Assembly (NCBI GenBank): GCA_963735595.1
Contig: CAVTLK010000004.1
Coordinates: 352,001-416,000, forward strand
Origin: an uncultured delta proteobacterium
GTDB taxonomy: Bacteria; Desulfobacterota; Zymogenia; Zymogenales; Zymogenaceae
DNA: 64,000 nucleotides
Direction: 5' to 3'
Shown here: one piece after another, positions 50,360 to 61,412 of the stretch
Numbering within the stretch: the first letter of the stretch is position 1
How the letters are laid out: the number at the start of each line of letters is the position of its first letter
Program-made: the position numbers and the translations under genes
The notes under the pieces: model-generated
Databases searched by the model: none
What the model was told of the DNA's origin: nothing
What the model saw: only the letters and a program-made list of their open reading frames with translations

Positions 50360-51723
50360 AAAAAAGAATCTTGATTGTAGACGACGAGGAGAGCATCCGT
50401 AAATCGCTGGTCGGGGCGCTGACCGACGAGGGGTACGAGGTCTTTGACGCCGAAGACGGCAGGAAGGCCCTGGAACTGACCGAGACGACGAGACCCCATC
50501 TGATGCTCCTGGACATCTGGATGCCCCAGATGGACGGGATGGAAGTGCTCAGGAACGGCTCAAGAAGGACTTCCCCGAGGTGGCGGTGATCATGATCTCC
50601 GGCCATGGTACCATCGAGACGGCCGTTAAGGCGGCCAAGCTCGGCGCCTATGACTTTATCGAGAAGCCCCTGTCCCTGGAAAAGATCATCATAACTATCG
50701 ACCACGCCCTCAGGGAAAAGAGCCTCGAGAGCGAGATAAGCCTGTACCGTGCCCGCTTCGATGTCAGCACCACGATCGTCGGGGAGAGCCCCGCGATCAT
50801 CAAGCTCAAGGACGAGATCCAAGATGGCCGCCCCGACCGACAGCTACGTGCTGATCTCGGGGGAAAACGGCACGGGCAAGGAGCTGGTGGCCCGGGCGCT
50901 CTTCGCCATGAGCAGGCGCAGCGACGCCCCTTTTGTGGAGGTCAATTGCGCCGCAATCCCCGAGGAGCTTATCGAAAGCGAGCTCTTCGGCTACGAGAAG
51001 GGCGCGTTTACCGGTGCGGACGCCAAGAAGCTGGGCAAGTTCGATTCGGCCGACGGCGGAACGATCTTCCTGGATGAGATCGGCGATATGAGTCACAAGA
51101 CGCAGGCCAAGATACTGAGGATTCTCCAGGAGGGGACATTCGACCGGGTGGGAGGGCACCAAGACTATCACGGTGGACGCACGGGTGATTGCCGCCACCA
51201 ACCAGAACCTCACCAGGAAAATCGAAGAAGGCGCCTTCCGCGAGGATCTCTATTTTCGTCTGCATGTGCTGCCGCTGACCGTACCGCCATTGCGGGAGCG
51301 TGTCGGCGATATCGGGCTCCTGGTCGAACACTTCATTAACGAGTTTTCTAAGGGGGAGGTCCGGCAGAAAGAAGACTATCGATCCCCGCGCGCTCTATAT
51401 TCTCAACCGGCTACCACTGGCCGGGAAACGTCCGCGAGCTGAAAAACCTTGTCGAGCGGCTCACCATCATGACCAGAGACAGCGTCATCGGCCCGGAGGA
51501 TATCCCGGACTACATCAGGGGTAAGGCGGAGACGGGCGGCGACGAGTCACTCTTTGCCGGCGAGGACATAAAAGAAGCACGGGATCACTTCGAGCGGATA
51601 TTTATTGAGAGGAAAGCTGCGCGAAAATGACTTCAACGTCACACAACGGCCAAGATCCTCAACATGGAGCGCAGTCACCTCCACAAAAAGATCCGGCGTA
51701 TAAGATCGGCGATGGGGAAATAG
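50356..51723 (+). CDS. NtrX-like sigma54-dependent response regulator, several frameshifts; 3' end approximate
   Basis: REC (LLDIWMP, MISGHG), [38 protein letters not shown], Fis-type HTH (ERSHLHKK). Confidence 0.88.
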
Positions 51724-51781
51724 TCCGTGATGATCCCGTTAGCGCCAACCACCCTCCGTTTCTAACGGGAGCCCGTTTCCC

Positions 51782-53059
51782 CTACCAGCGTTTCCGTCCC
51801 ATCGTCTTCCGATCCCGGTTTCTCTCCTGCTCGTGCCGCGGTCTCGCTTCCGTCTCCTCGCCCAGGTCGGATTCCTCGGCCACCCGATAGGGGAGTCTTT
51901 GGCCGATGAGCCGCTCAATCGGCTCCAGGTAATAGGCGTCGTCTTCGGAAGCCAGTGAGATCGCCACGCCGCTCTTGCCGGCCCGGGCGGTCCTGCCGAT
52001 ACGGTGGACGTAGTCTTCCGGGTTCTGGGGAAGGTCGTAGAGGATGACGCAGTCGACGTCCTCTATGTGAAGCCCGCGGGACGCCACGTCAGTACCGATG
52101 AGCGCGCGGATCTCCCCCTTCATAAAACGCTCGAGGATCTTGAGGCGCTTGCGCTGGGGTATGTCGCCCGAGAGCGCTTGCGCCGAGAAGCCGTTTCGGG
52201 TGAGCCGCTCCTTGATCATCGTGACGCCGCTCTTCGTGTTGGAAAAGATCAGGATTTTACTGCTGTCGATTTTACCGATGAGCCCCAGCAGCAGACGGAA
52301 CTTCTCCCGCTTGCCGACGTGATACAGCTGCTGCGTGACCTCCTCGACGGTGATGCTCTCCGGCGTGGCCGAGACCTCCACGGGGATCTTCATGAAATGG
52401 TAGGTGGCCTCAACGACCGAAAAGGTGATGGTGGCCGAAAAGAGGAGGGTCTGGCGCTCCGCAAGCGGCGGGAGCTTCTTGAGGACAAAGCGCAGATCCT
52501 TGATAAAACCCATGTCCAGCAGGCGGTCGGCCTCGTCGATGACCAGGAGCTCGATACCGGAGGTCTTGAGGATGCCCTGCTTCATGTAGTCGATAAGGCG
52601 GCCCGGCGTGCCGACGACGATATCAACGCCCTTCCTGAGGGTATCGGCCTGTTCGCGGTAATCGACGCCCCCGAAGATCGCAGTAGCGGTAATCCCGGTT
52701 CGGGCGCCCAGGTCGTGGGCCTCGCGCTCTATCTGAACCGCAAGCTCCCTGGTGGGGGCGATGATCAGCGCCCGCGGGAGGGTGCCGTTCGGCCTCGCAT
52801 TGGAGAGGAGGCGGTTAAAGATCGTGATGAGAAACGCCGCGGTCTTTCCCGTGCCGGTCTGGGCCTGGCCGATGAGGTCATAGCCGGAAAGGGTATAGGG
52901 GAGAGACTTCTTCTGGATCTCGGTCGGCGTGGTAAATCCCAGCTCACGAATTCCGGCACGGACGCGCTCGTCAAGCTTCATATCGTCAAACGAGTCGATC
53001 GGCGGAATATCCTGAACGGGGGGTATGTCGTAGTCGGGGGTAGTTTTTGTCTTGGGCAT
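51782..53059 (-). CDS. DEAD-box RNA helicase (RhlB-like)
   Basis: AQTGTGKT, PTRELA, GTPGRL, DEAD, SAT, HRIGRTAR. Confidence 0.95.
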   Translation of the reverse strand: MPKTKTTPDYDIPPVQDIPPIDSFDDMKLDERVRAGIRELGFTTPTEIQKKSLPYTLSGYDLIGQAQTGTGKTAAFLITIFNRLLSNARPNGTLPRALIIAPTRELAVQIEREAHDLGARTGITATAIFGGVDYREQADTLRKGVDIVVGTPGRLIDYMKQGILKTSGIELLVIDEADRLLDMGFIKDLRFVLKKLPPLAERQTLLFSATITFSVVEATYHFMKIPVEVSATPESITVEEVTQQLYHVGKREKFRLLLGLIGKIDSSKILIFSNTKSGVTMIKERLTRNGFSAQALSGDIPQRKRLKILERFMKGEIRALIGTDVASRGLHIEDVDCVILYDLPQNPEDYVHRIGRTARAGKSGVAISLASEDDAYYLEPIERLIGQRLPYRVAEESDLGEETEARPRHEQERNRDRKTMGRKRW

Positions 53060-53360
53060 GCCTGATCTATGGAATTAGTATCGTATATGCGAAATACCGG
53101 GTTTACTCTAATTGACACGTGCGACACGCGCCAAACTCAATGATCTAAATATACCACATACGCTAAAAAAAAACAAGACCGTTTTGATGATTACTTTGCA
53201 CGTGAGAATGATTACTATCTTGACAAAATGGGCACGGCAGGGAGACAATATAACCATAGCGATAAACAACAGTATTCGGACACCATGATAGTGTAATTGA
53301 CGTTATTAGATGGTTTTACAACGGGAACCTGCTTCATATGGTACCGTAGGAGTAAAAGAA

Positions 53361-53951
53361 ATGGCATCCGAGGAACGGATGGCGACGAACATGGCGATAC
53401 GGGCGGCTATTGTCGCCATCGAAGAGATCATGGGTAAGAACGCGACCAAGATCGTCTTCGACAAGGCGAATAAGACCGCTCTGTTTCTAAACCCGCCGGA
53501 TTATAACTTCGAGCCGTGCATAAAGGTTAGCGAGCAGGCCACGATTTACCGATCAATCATAGACTTGATGGGCTACAAGGGGGGGACCGTGTTGTGGAGA
53601 AGGATCGGCTATTTTGTCATGAAATATCCCGTGGAGATGGGGCACATTTTCGACAGTTTCGCCTCCCTTCCGCCCATGGAAAAATTCAATAAGGGGATGG
53701 AGGTCTTCGCTATGGCGTCGGGAAAAGGGAAACTGGTGACCGGATCCGAGAGTATGGCGGAGTTTGACTGCTTCGACTGCTTTTCGTGCGAGGGGTATAC
53801 GTACACGCGGCCTGTATGCGCCCACTTCGAGGGAGTTATCCAATACATTTCGGACTGGGCGTTCGGCAAGAACACGTACCTCGCCCGGGAGACGCTCTGC
53901 ATGGCAAAAGGCGACAAGACCTGCTATGTGAAGCTTGTTAAAAAGGATTAG
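53361..53951 (+). CDS. Second V4R-domain protein
   Basis: AIEEIMGKN, CFSC, PVCAHFEG, ETLCMAKGDKTC. AGGAG precedes ATG 53361. Confidence 0.78.
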   Translation: MASEERMATNMAIRAAIVAIEEIMGKNATKIVFDKANKTALFLNPPDYNFEPCIKVSEQATIYRSIIDLMGYKGGTVLWRRIGYFVMKYPVEMGHIFDSFASLPPMEKFNKGMEVFAMASGKGKLVTGSESMAEFDCFDCFSCEGYTYTRPVCAHFEGVIQYISDWAFGKNTYLARETLCMAKGDKTCYVKLVKKD

Positions 53952-54290
53952 CGAATCTGCAAAGGAAGGGGGGTAGCATCTATGGGTCCCATGGCAAATC
54001 TAAGACGGTGCGCCCCCTTTCCTATCTAATAGATGACTTTGCGACGGTCGCAGCAGCTCCATACGTACGTCAAGGTTTCCCGCAGTACTATATCCGACCC
54101 GCGTGTCTACCGCTTCCCTCTCATCCCTTTAATATATGACCGGTTTATCGGGGACCGGGGGTGAGGCACGTGCCTTACTACGGTTGAAGTAATCGCCTTT
54201 CCAATTCATACGCTTCCTGTAACCCATACCGCAATAAATTATAACGCATACACGGTTATATACCACACACCCGGTAATTTAACTTATCCC

Positions 54291-54319
54291 TTGCCACCCC
54301 TTGAGTTTCCTTCTATAAT
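54291..54319 (+). promoter_or_regulatory. Sigma70 promoter of rarA
   Basis: TTGCCA-N17-TATAAT, 14 nt before ATG 54334. Confidence 0.7.
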
Positions 54320-54333
54320 GTAAAACAATAGAT

Positions 54334-55686
54334 ATGGACATCTTCGACCATAGCGATAAGAAGCGTAAACAGGCCCGCGCGCCGCTGGCCGACCGGATGC
54401 GGCCCCGGTCCCTCGAAGAATTCATGGGACAGGCCGAGATCCTCGGGCCGGGTACGCTCCTGCGCACCTCCATCGAGCGGGACGAGATCGTCTCCATGAT
54501 CTTCTGGGGGCCGCCGGGCTCCGGCAAGACGACGCTGGCCCGTATCATCGCCGAGCGCTCCCAGGCCGCCTTCGTCGCCTTTTCGGCTGTTACCTCGGGC
54601 ATCAAGGAGGTCCGGGAGGTCATCGAAAAGGCCGGCAGCGACCTGAAATATTACGGCAAGAAGACGATCCTCTTTATCGACGAGATCCACCGCTTCAACA
54701 AGGCCCAGCAGGATGTCTTTTTGCCCTTCGTGGAGGACGGCACCATCGTCCTGATCGGGGCGACCACCGAAAACCCCTCGTTTGAGGTCAATTCGGCGTT
54801 GCTGTCCCGTACGCGGGTCTACGTCTTCGGCCAGCTCACCGACGAGGACCTTGCCGCCATTATCCGGCGGGCTATTGCCGATACAGACCGCGGCCTGGGG
54901 GGGCTTGCGCTTGCCGTAGATGAGGACGCGCTCGGCCATCTGGCCTCCCAATCCCACGGGGATGCCCGGATTGCGCTCTCGGGCCTCGAGGTCGCCGTTG
55001 CCAATACTCCCCCCGGCCCGGACGGCACGGTTCGCGTGACGCTCGCGGTGGCCGAGGAGGCGATGCAGCGGCACGCACTGATGTACGATAAAGGCGGCGA
55101 GGAGCACTACAATATCATCTCGGCCCTGCACAAGTCCGTCAGGGATTCCGACCCGGACGCGGCGCTCTACTGGCTTTCGCGGATGCTCAAGGGGGGGGAG
55201 GACCCGCTCTATATCGCCCGTCGGCTCATCCGAATGGCGATCGAGGACGTGGGGCTTGCCGATCCGCAGGCGCTTACGGTAGCGGTGGCCGCCAAGGAAG
55301 CCTACCACTTCATCGGTTACCCCGAGGGGGAGCTGGCCCTGGCCGAGGTTGCGGTCTATCTGGCGTGCGCCCCCAAGAGTAACGCCGTCTACGCTGCGTT
55401 TGGGGAGGTGGAGCGGGATATCAAAAAGTACGGTGCGCTGCCGGTGCCGCTGGTCATCCGAAACGCGCCCACGCGCCTGATGAAGGAGATCGGTTACGGT
55501 AAGGGGTACAAGTATGCCCACAGCTACGCGGATGCCGTGGTCGATCAACCGCGCCTCCCCGAGAAGCTCGCGGGGAGGGCCTACTACCGCCCGACGGATC
55601 GGGGATTCGAGGAAGAGATCAAACGCCGGCTTTCGGCGCGGCGGGCAAAACTTGAACGGAAACTGAAGGTAAAAGATACGCCATAA
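54334..55686 (+). CDS. rarA: Replication-associated recombination protein A (RarA/MgsA)
   Basis: [49 protein letters not shown]. Confidence 0.96.
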   Translation: MDIFDHSDKKRKQARAPLADRMRPRSLEEFMGQAEILGPGTLLRTSIERDEIVSMIFWGPPGSGKTTLARIIAERSQAAFVAFSAVTSGIKEVREVIEKAGSDLKYYGKKTILFIDEIHRFNKAQQDVFLPFVEDGTIVLIGATTENPSFEVNSALLSRTRVYVFGQLTDEDLAAIIRRAIADTDRGLGGLALAVDEDALGHLASQSHGDARIALSGLEVAVANTPPGPDGTVRVTLAVAEEAMQRHALMYDKGGEEHYNIISALHKSVRDSDPDAALYWLSRMLKGGEDPLYIARRLIRMAIEDVGLADPQALTVAVAAKEAYHFIGYPEGELALAEVAVYLACAPKSNAVYAAFGEVERDIKKYGALPVPLVIRNAPTRLMKEIGYGKGYKYAHSYADAVVDQPRLPEKLAGRAYYRPTDRGFEEEIKRRLSARRAKLERKLKVKDTP

Positions 55687-55704
55687 ACTAACGAGGAGAT
55701 CGTA

Positions 55705-56313
55705 ATGCAGATGAGAAGATGTGTCGCTGTGGTCGTTGCGATGCTTTGTCGCTGGTGTTTCGCCGCCGGGGTATCGGCCGCGCCCCTGACGGTGCAGGAT
55801 AAGGAGCAGCTCAAGTGGCTCTTCGGGATGATGGAGACCTCCATCAACCAGGGCGACGCCCAGGGGATCATCAATCTCTTTTCTCCAAACATGCCCCAGG
55901 ACCGGCGCACGGCGCTGTCCAACGATATATACGCAAGGATCGCGGGCGGCGGGATCAAGGTCTCGTTTTTCCCGAACCTCTCCGACGAAAGTATCAAAGA
56001 GATCTCTCCCGGGGTCCTGTATGAAGTGAGCGGGTCGTTCAAGGCCGAGGGGCCGCAGTGGAACGTATCGGGCCTTTCGGCGACGTTCACGGTTGAGCGG
56101 GTGGGGTACTACTTTTATATCTACGATACCAACATGCTCGAGAAGATGGGACCGGAGGCGGTCTTTAAGACAGTAGGGCTCGTATTCCTCATTATCGGGG
56201 CGATCTTCCTGGTGGGCATCGTCGGAGTGATCATCATTGTCGTCCTGATTATCAGAAGCCAGAAAAAGAAGAAGGCGGTAGTTAGTTCCGGCGAGGGACC
56301 GGGTACCGTATAG
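55705..56313 (+). CDS. Exported/membrane-anchored hypothetical protein
   Basis: GAGGAG upstream, signal peptide, C-terminal TM helix followed by KKKK. Confidence 0.7.
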   Translation: MQMRRCVAVVVAMLCRWCFAAGVSAAPLTVQDKEQLKWLFGMMETSINQGDAQGIINLFSPNMPQDRRTALSNDIYARIAGGGIKVSFFPNLSDESIKEISPGVLYEVSGSFKAEGPQWNVSGLSATFTVERVGYYFYIYDTNMLEKMGPEAVFKTVGLVFLIIGAIFLVGIVGVIIIVVLIIRSQKKKKAVVSSGEGPGTV

Positions 56314-56638
56314 GCGCCTGAGAAAACAAAACGGCGGGGGATCTTCCGGATATACGGCGTATCGTCGATCGGAAAAGGTAATCCACCGGTATAGTACGAG
56401 AGACCGGGCGCGCCCTACGCGGCGCGCCCTTAACGTGCCGGGGCTTGCGGCCTGCTTCCGGTCTCTTTCCCTGCGGCCACAGCCCGGAACTACGCGCCCG
56501 GCCGGAGAAAACGCATACGAACATTTTTAGGTTGCCTTTCGGCGACCTATCGTAGTAGTATCATTCGATAGAAATGTGCTCTTGCGTCGAATACGCCGCA
56601 CGAGAGATACTTCGCGCATACACCGAAAGGAGACGGCT

Positions 56639-58324
56639 ATAAGCGGCAACGTACTACATATGATCTTCGGCATCATGGGAGGCCTGGGCCTCTTTTTCTT
56701 CGGAATCCGCACCATGGGCGACGGCCTCCAGAAGTATGCCGGGGACCGGCTCAGGAACTTCCTCAAGAGCATCACGAAGAACCGCTTCGTCGGTATGGTC
56801 ACGGGGCTAATCGTCACCGCGATCATACAGTCCAGCAGCGCCACCACCGTCATGACGGTGAGCCTGGTAAACGCCGGCCTCATTACGCTGGTACAGGCAA
56901 TCGGCGTGATTTTCGGCGCCAATATCGGCACCACCATGACCGCCCAGCTCATCGCCTTCCGCGTCCAGGACTACGCGCTGCCGATACTGGGCATCGGGGT
57001 CATCCTCTATCTCTTCTTCAAGAAAGAGAAGGTCGTCTATTTCGGCCAGGTACTCATGGGGTTCGGGATGCTCTTCTTCGGACTCCTCATCATGTCGGAC
57101 GCCTTTATCTTCTTGAGAGAATCCCCGAAGGTCCTCGACCTCTTCGCGAGCCTAGACGGGTTTCCCCTGATGGCGGTCATCATCGGGACGGTCTTTACGA
57201 TGATCATGCAGAGCTCATCGGTTACCGTCGGCATCACCATGGCCCTGGCGACCACGGGCCTCATCTCGTTTCCGACCAGCGTTGCGATCATCCTCGGGGA
57301 TAATATCGGTACTACCATCACCGCGCAGCTTGCGTCACTCGGGACCAACATCAGCGCGAGGAGAACGGCCTGGGCGCATACGATGTTTAACGTCATCGGC
57401 GTCTGCTATATCTTTCCGCTTCTTCCTTATTACGTGAAGGTCATCAATATGATCACTCCGGGAGATGTGGGATTCATCATCACGACCGCGGCCGAGGCCG
57501 CCCGCTTCCACATGAACATCGGAGATGCCCCCTATGTCGCCCGACACATCGCCAATGCGCACTCGGTTTTTAATATTATCAACGTTATTATATTCCTGCC
57601 TCTGATCGGCGGCCTGGCCAAGGTCGTCAGCTGGATCGTCCCGGGGAAAGTGGAGACCGAAGACGAGTTTCGCCTCGTCTACATCAAGGGACAGATGATC
57701 TCACCGGTTATCGCGGTGGAGGAGGCGCGGAACGAGGCGGTCCGGATGGCGCGCTTCACGCTGGATATGCTCGACGAGGACATGCGGGCGCTCCTCAATA
57801 ATGATACTAAAACGCTCGAAAACGTCAGGCGGCTCGAGGGACGGGTGGACGTGATGCAGAAGGATATCACCGCCTACTGCGTTCAGATATCACAGGAATC
57901 GATCACTCCCGAGGTTTCCAAGAATATCACCTCCCTCATCAACATGGTCAACAACCTCGAGCGGATCGGGGATCACTGCGAAAACCTGAGCGAGCTTATC
58001 GAAAAGAAGAAAAACGGCAAGTATACTTTCTCCGAAGAGGCCCTGGATGGGATACGGGACATCTACCATGAGACACGGCACTTCATGGAGTTCGTGATCC
58101 AGGGCATGGTACAGCAGGAAACCGGCATTAAGCCGGAGGCGGACCGGTACGAAAAACGGATCAACTACCTCGAGGATACCCTGCGCCAGGCGCACATCGA
58201 CCGGCTGAACGCGGGGACCTGCAGCGTTGAAACGGGCCTCATCTTCATTGACATGCTGACCAATTTCGAAAAGATCGGTGACCACGTCTTCAACGTCGCC
58301 GAGGCCGTCGTCGGGATCAAGTAG
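56639..58324 (+). CDS. Na+/phosphate cotransporter family protein with PhoU domains (start ATA 56639 or ATG 56660)
   Basis: QSSSATT/QSSSVT, GANIGTT/GDNIGTT, PhoU motifs LERIGDH and FEKIGDH. Confidence 0.92.
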   Translation: MSGNVLHMIFGIMGGLGLFFFGIRTMGDGLQKYAGDRLRNFLKSITKNRFVGMVTGLIVTAIIQSSSATTVMTVSLVNAGLITLVQAIGVIFGANIGTTMTAQLIAFRVQDYALPILGIGVILYLFFKKEKVVYFGQVLMGFGMLFFGLLIMSDAFIFLRESPKVLDLFASLDGFPLMAVIIGTVFTMIMQSSSVTVGITMALATTGLISFPTSVAIILGDNIGTTITAQLASLGTNISARRTAWAHTMFNVIGVCYIFPLLPYYVKVINMITPGDVGFIITTAAEAARFHMNIGDAPYVARHIANAHSVFNIINVIIFLPLIGGLAKVVSWIVPGKVETEDEFRLVYIKGQMISPVIAVEEARNEAVRMARFTLDMLDEDMRALLNNDTKTLENVRRLEGRVDVMQKDITAYCVQISQESITPEVSKNITSLINMVNNLERIGDHCENLSELIEKKKNGKYTFSEEALDGIRDIYHETRHFMEFVIQGMVQQETGIKPEADRYEKRINYLEDTLRQAHIDRLNAGTCSVETGLIFIDMLTNFEKIGDHVFNVAEAVVGIK

Positions 58325-58369
58325 CGCCAAGCCTTACAGGCTTATACTGCTGATTCCATACGGAGTACG

Positions 58370-58406
58370 AAAAAAAGCGGCCCGTTCGCATGAAAGGGCC
58401 GCTTTC
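58370..58406. terminator. Bidirectional terminator between the Na/Pi gene and the tRNA pair
   Basis: AAAGCGGCCC/GGGCCGCTTT stem with an A-run on the left (U-tract on the minus strand). Confidence 0.8.
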
Positions 58407-58412
58407 GTATTC

Positions 58413-58489
<77 letters not shown>

Positions 58490-58589
58490 GATTCTGACTC
58501 TTCCCAACGGCTTGCGGCTTGCGTACGGACCCGGTCACGTCACTGCCAATTCTTCCCGGTTTTTCCACCAGTAACCGTGCACAAGTAAT

Positions 58590-58665
58590 TGGTAGGCGGA
58601 ACAGGGTTTGAACCTGTGACCCCCGGCTTGTAAGGCCGGTGCTCTCCCAACTGAGCTACCCGCCC
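58590..58665 (-). tRNA. tRNA-Val (TAC)
   Basis: Reverse complement GGGCGGGTAGCTCAGTTGGGAGAGCACCGGCCTTACAAGCCGGGGGTCACAGGTTCAAACCCTGTTCCGCCTACCA; 76 nt. Confidence 0.97.
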
Positions 58666-58835
58666 CTGGGCCCTGCCGTAAGACTTACAATACTCTCATG
58701 ACCCGGCTTTGTTGTCAAGAAAAAATCTGACCGCGCGCCAAAAAGGAAAACGGATTATCCGACGCCGCTCTATTACTATGGCCCTACGGCCTAACAGCCC
58801 TATGGTGCCATGGGGGCCGCTTTACCCCGCAGCTG

Positions 58836-58877
58836 CAAAACCAATCGGGACATCCTTGATAAAGGATGCCCCGATTG
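58836..58877 (-). terminator. Probable terminator downstream of lon
   Basis: Minus strand CAATCGGGGCATCCTT-tatc-AAGGATGTCCCGATTG followed by GTTTT. Confidence 0.65.
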
Positions 58878-58919
58878 TGAATAGTAGGCAAGCCAAAGGT
58901 GCCGGCCGTTTCCGACTTC

Positions 58920-61373
58920 CTAATGCGCCGCGACGCGCTCCTCCGGAGACGGCTCCACTTCCTTGGTGAACTCCCGCTCCTTCTCTTCCCTGTTCTTCCT
59001 GAAGAACTCGTCCGCATCGTCCAAAACGAGGGCCCTTCTGAGCACCTGGTCCATATGATCGGCAAAGACGATCTTGAGGGATTTCTTGATCCGATCGGGA
59101 ACGTCTTCGAGGTCTTTCTGGTTTTCCATCGGGATGATGACTTCCTTGATGCCGCCGCGGTTTGCCGCAAGGAGCTTTTCCTTGAGGCCGCCGATGGGAA
59201 GGACCCGCCCCCTCAGGGTGATCTCCCCGGTCATGGAGAGGTCGCGCCTGACCTTTATCTTGGTGAGGGCCGATGCGATGGCGCTTGCCATCGTAATGCC
59301 GGCCGACGGGCCGTCTTTCGGGATGGCGCCCTCAGGCACGTGGATGTGCAGGTCGATATTCTGGTAGAAGTCGCGTTCCAATCCCAGCTCATCGGCACGG
59401 CTGCGAACGTAGCTCATGGCCGCCTGTGCGCTCTCCTGCATGACCTCGCCGAGCTTGCCGGTGATAGTCAGTTTGCCCTTTCCGGGGACGACGCTCACCT
59501 CGATCGTCAGGAGCTCCCCGCCGACCTCCGTCCAGGCCATACCGGTGGCGATACCGACGGTATCCTCTTCCTCGAGCTTGCCGTAGCGGAAGCGGGGAAT
59601 TCCGAGGTATTTCTTAACCTTGGCGGGACTGATCAATACCGAGTAACTCGGGGCCGTACTTGACCACCTCTTTGGCCACCTTGCGGCAAATGGAGCCGAT
59701 CTCGCGCTCCAGGCTGCGCACGCCCGATTCCCGGGTGTAATTTCGGATGACTACCAGCATCGCGCTGTCGGTAAAAGAAATGTTATTGTCCTTCAGGCCG
59801 TTTTCGGCAGCCTGCTTCTTGACCAGAAACTGCTGGGCGATATGGAGTTTTTCGATCTCCGTGTAGCTGTCGATCTGGATAATCTCCATCCTATCCTGCA
59901 ACGGCTCTGGGAATATTGTGCAGGAGGTTTGCCGTCGTAATGAACATCACCTTGGAAAGGTCATAGTCCAGGTCCAGGTAGTGGTCGTTAAACGTGTTGT
60001 TCTGCTCCGGGTCCAGCACCTCGAGCAGGGCCGCCGACGGATCGCCGCGGAAATCGGTGCTCATCTTGTCCACCTCGTCCATGAGGTAGACGGGGTTGGA
60101 CGATTTTGACTTCTTCAGGTACTGGATGATCTTGCCGGGCAGCGCGCCGATATAGGTGCGCCGGTGTCCCCTGATCTCGGCCTCGTCCCTGACGCCGCCA
60201 AGCGAAAGCCTGACGAAGTTGCGTCCGGCGGCGCGAGCGATCGATTTACCCAGCGAGGTCTTCCCGACGCCCGGAGGGCCGACGAAGCAGAGGATAGGGC
60301 CCTTCATGTCCTGCTTGAGGTGCTTGACCGCCAGGTATTCGAGGATCCGTTCCTTGGGTTTCTTGAGGCCGTAGTGATCCTCTTCGAGGATGCGGGCGGC
60401 CTCGTCGATATCCAGCTTATCCTCGGTGTACTCTTCCCAGGGCAGCGCCAGTATCCAGTCGAGGTAGTTTCTGATGACGGTGGCCTCCGCGCTCATCGGA
60501 GACATCATCTTGAGTTTTTTGAGTTCCTTGTCGGCGCGGTCCCGCGCCTCGTCGGATAATTTTTTCTTCTTGATCTTATCCTCGAGTTCCTTGATCTCGG
60601 TTTTGAACTCGTCTTTTTCTCCAAGCTCCTTCTGGATGGCCCGCATCTGCTCGTTGAGATAGTATTCTTTCTGGGTGCGCTCCATCTGCTTTTTGACGCG
60701 GTTCTTGATCCGACGCTCGATCTGGAGGATCTCGATTTCGCTCTGCATGAAGGAAAGCACTTTTTCCAGGCGCTCGGCCGGTTTTTCGAGTTCGAGCACC
60801 GACTGCTTCTCGTCGAGCTTAAGGTTGAGGTGCGTGATGATCGTATCGGCCAGACGCGACGGCTCGTTGATCGACGCCACAGACAGGATCATCTCGGGCG
60901 GGATCTTACGGTTGAGCTTGGCATACGTCTCAAAGGTGCTGTTGATAGATCGTACGAGCGCCTCGATCTCGGGCGTTATGTCGTTATCTTCGACGATAAT
61001 CTCGGTGTCAACCAGGAAATATTCCTCGTTCGGCACGAACCGCCGAATGCGCGCCCGCTGCTTTCCCTCGACGAGGACCTTGACGGTTCCGTCGGGCAGC
61101 CGCAAGAGCTGGATGATGATCCCCACCGTGCCGATCGAGTAGATCTGGTCGGGAGCGGGATCGTCCATCTTGGCGTTATGCTGGGCTGAAAGCAGGACAT
61201 TCTTGTCGGCGGCCATCGCCGACTCCAGCGCGTTGATTGATTTCTTTCCTGCCCACAAAAAGTGGGACAACCATATGGGGAAAGATGATGATGTCCCGAA
61301 GCGGCAACAGGGGGATCAGGTTCTCGTCCTGCGCGCTATGGGTAGGATCATCCTTTTCGTTCTTGAAAAACAT
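58920..61373 (-). CDS. lon: ATP-dependent Lon protease (LonA); frameshifts near 61255, 59905 and 59640
   Basis: [50 protein letters not shown]. Confidence 0.95.
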
Positions 61374-61412
61374 CGTAGGTGTTCTCCTCGTATTCAGTTA
61401 AAATCGACGATA

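Noticed and set aside
53955..54030. c-di-GMP-I riboswitch (GCAAA and TATGGGTC fragments)
   Set aside because: The fragments are not in the required order and the GNRA-capped stem is missing.
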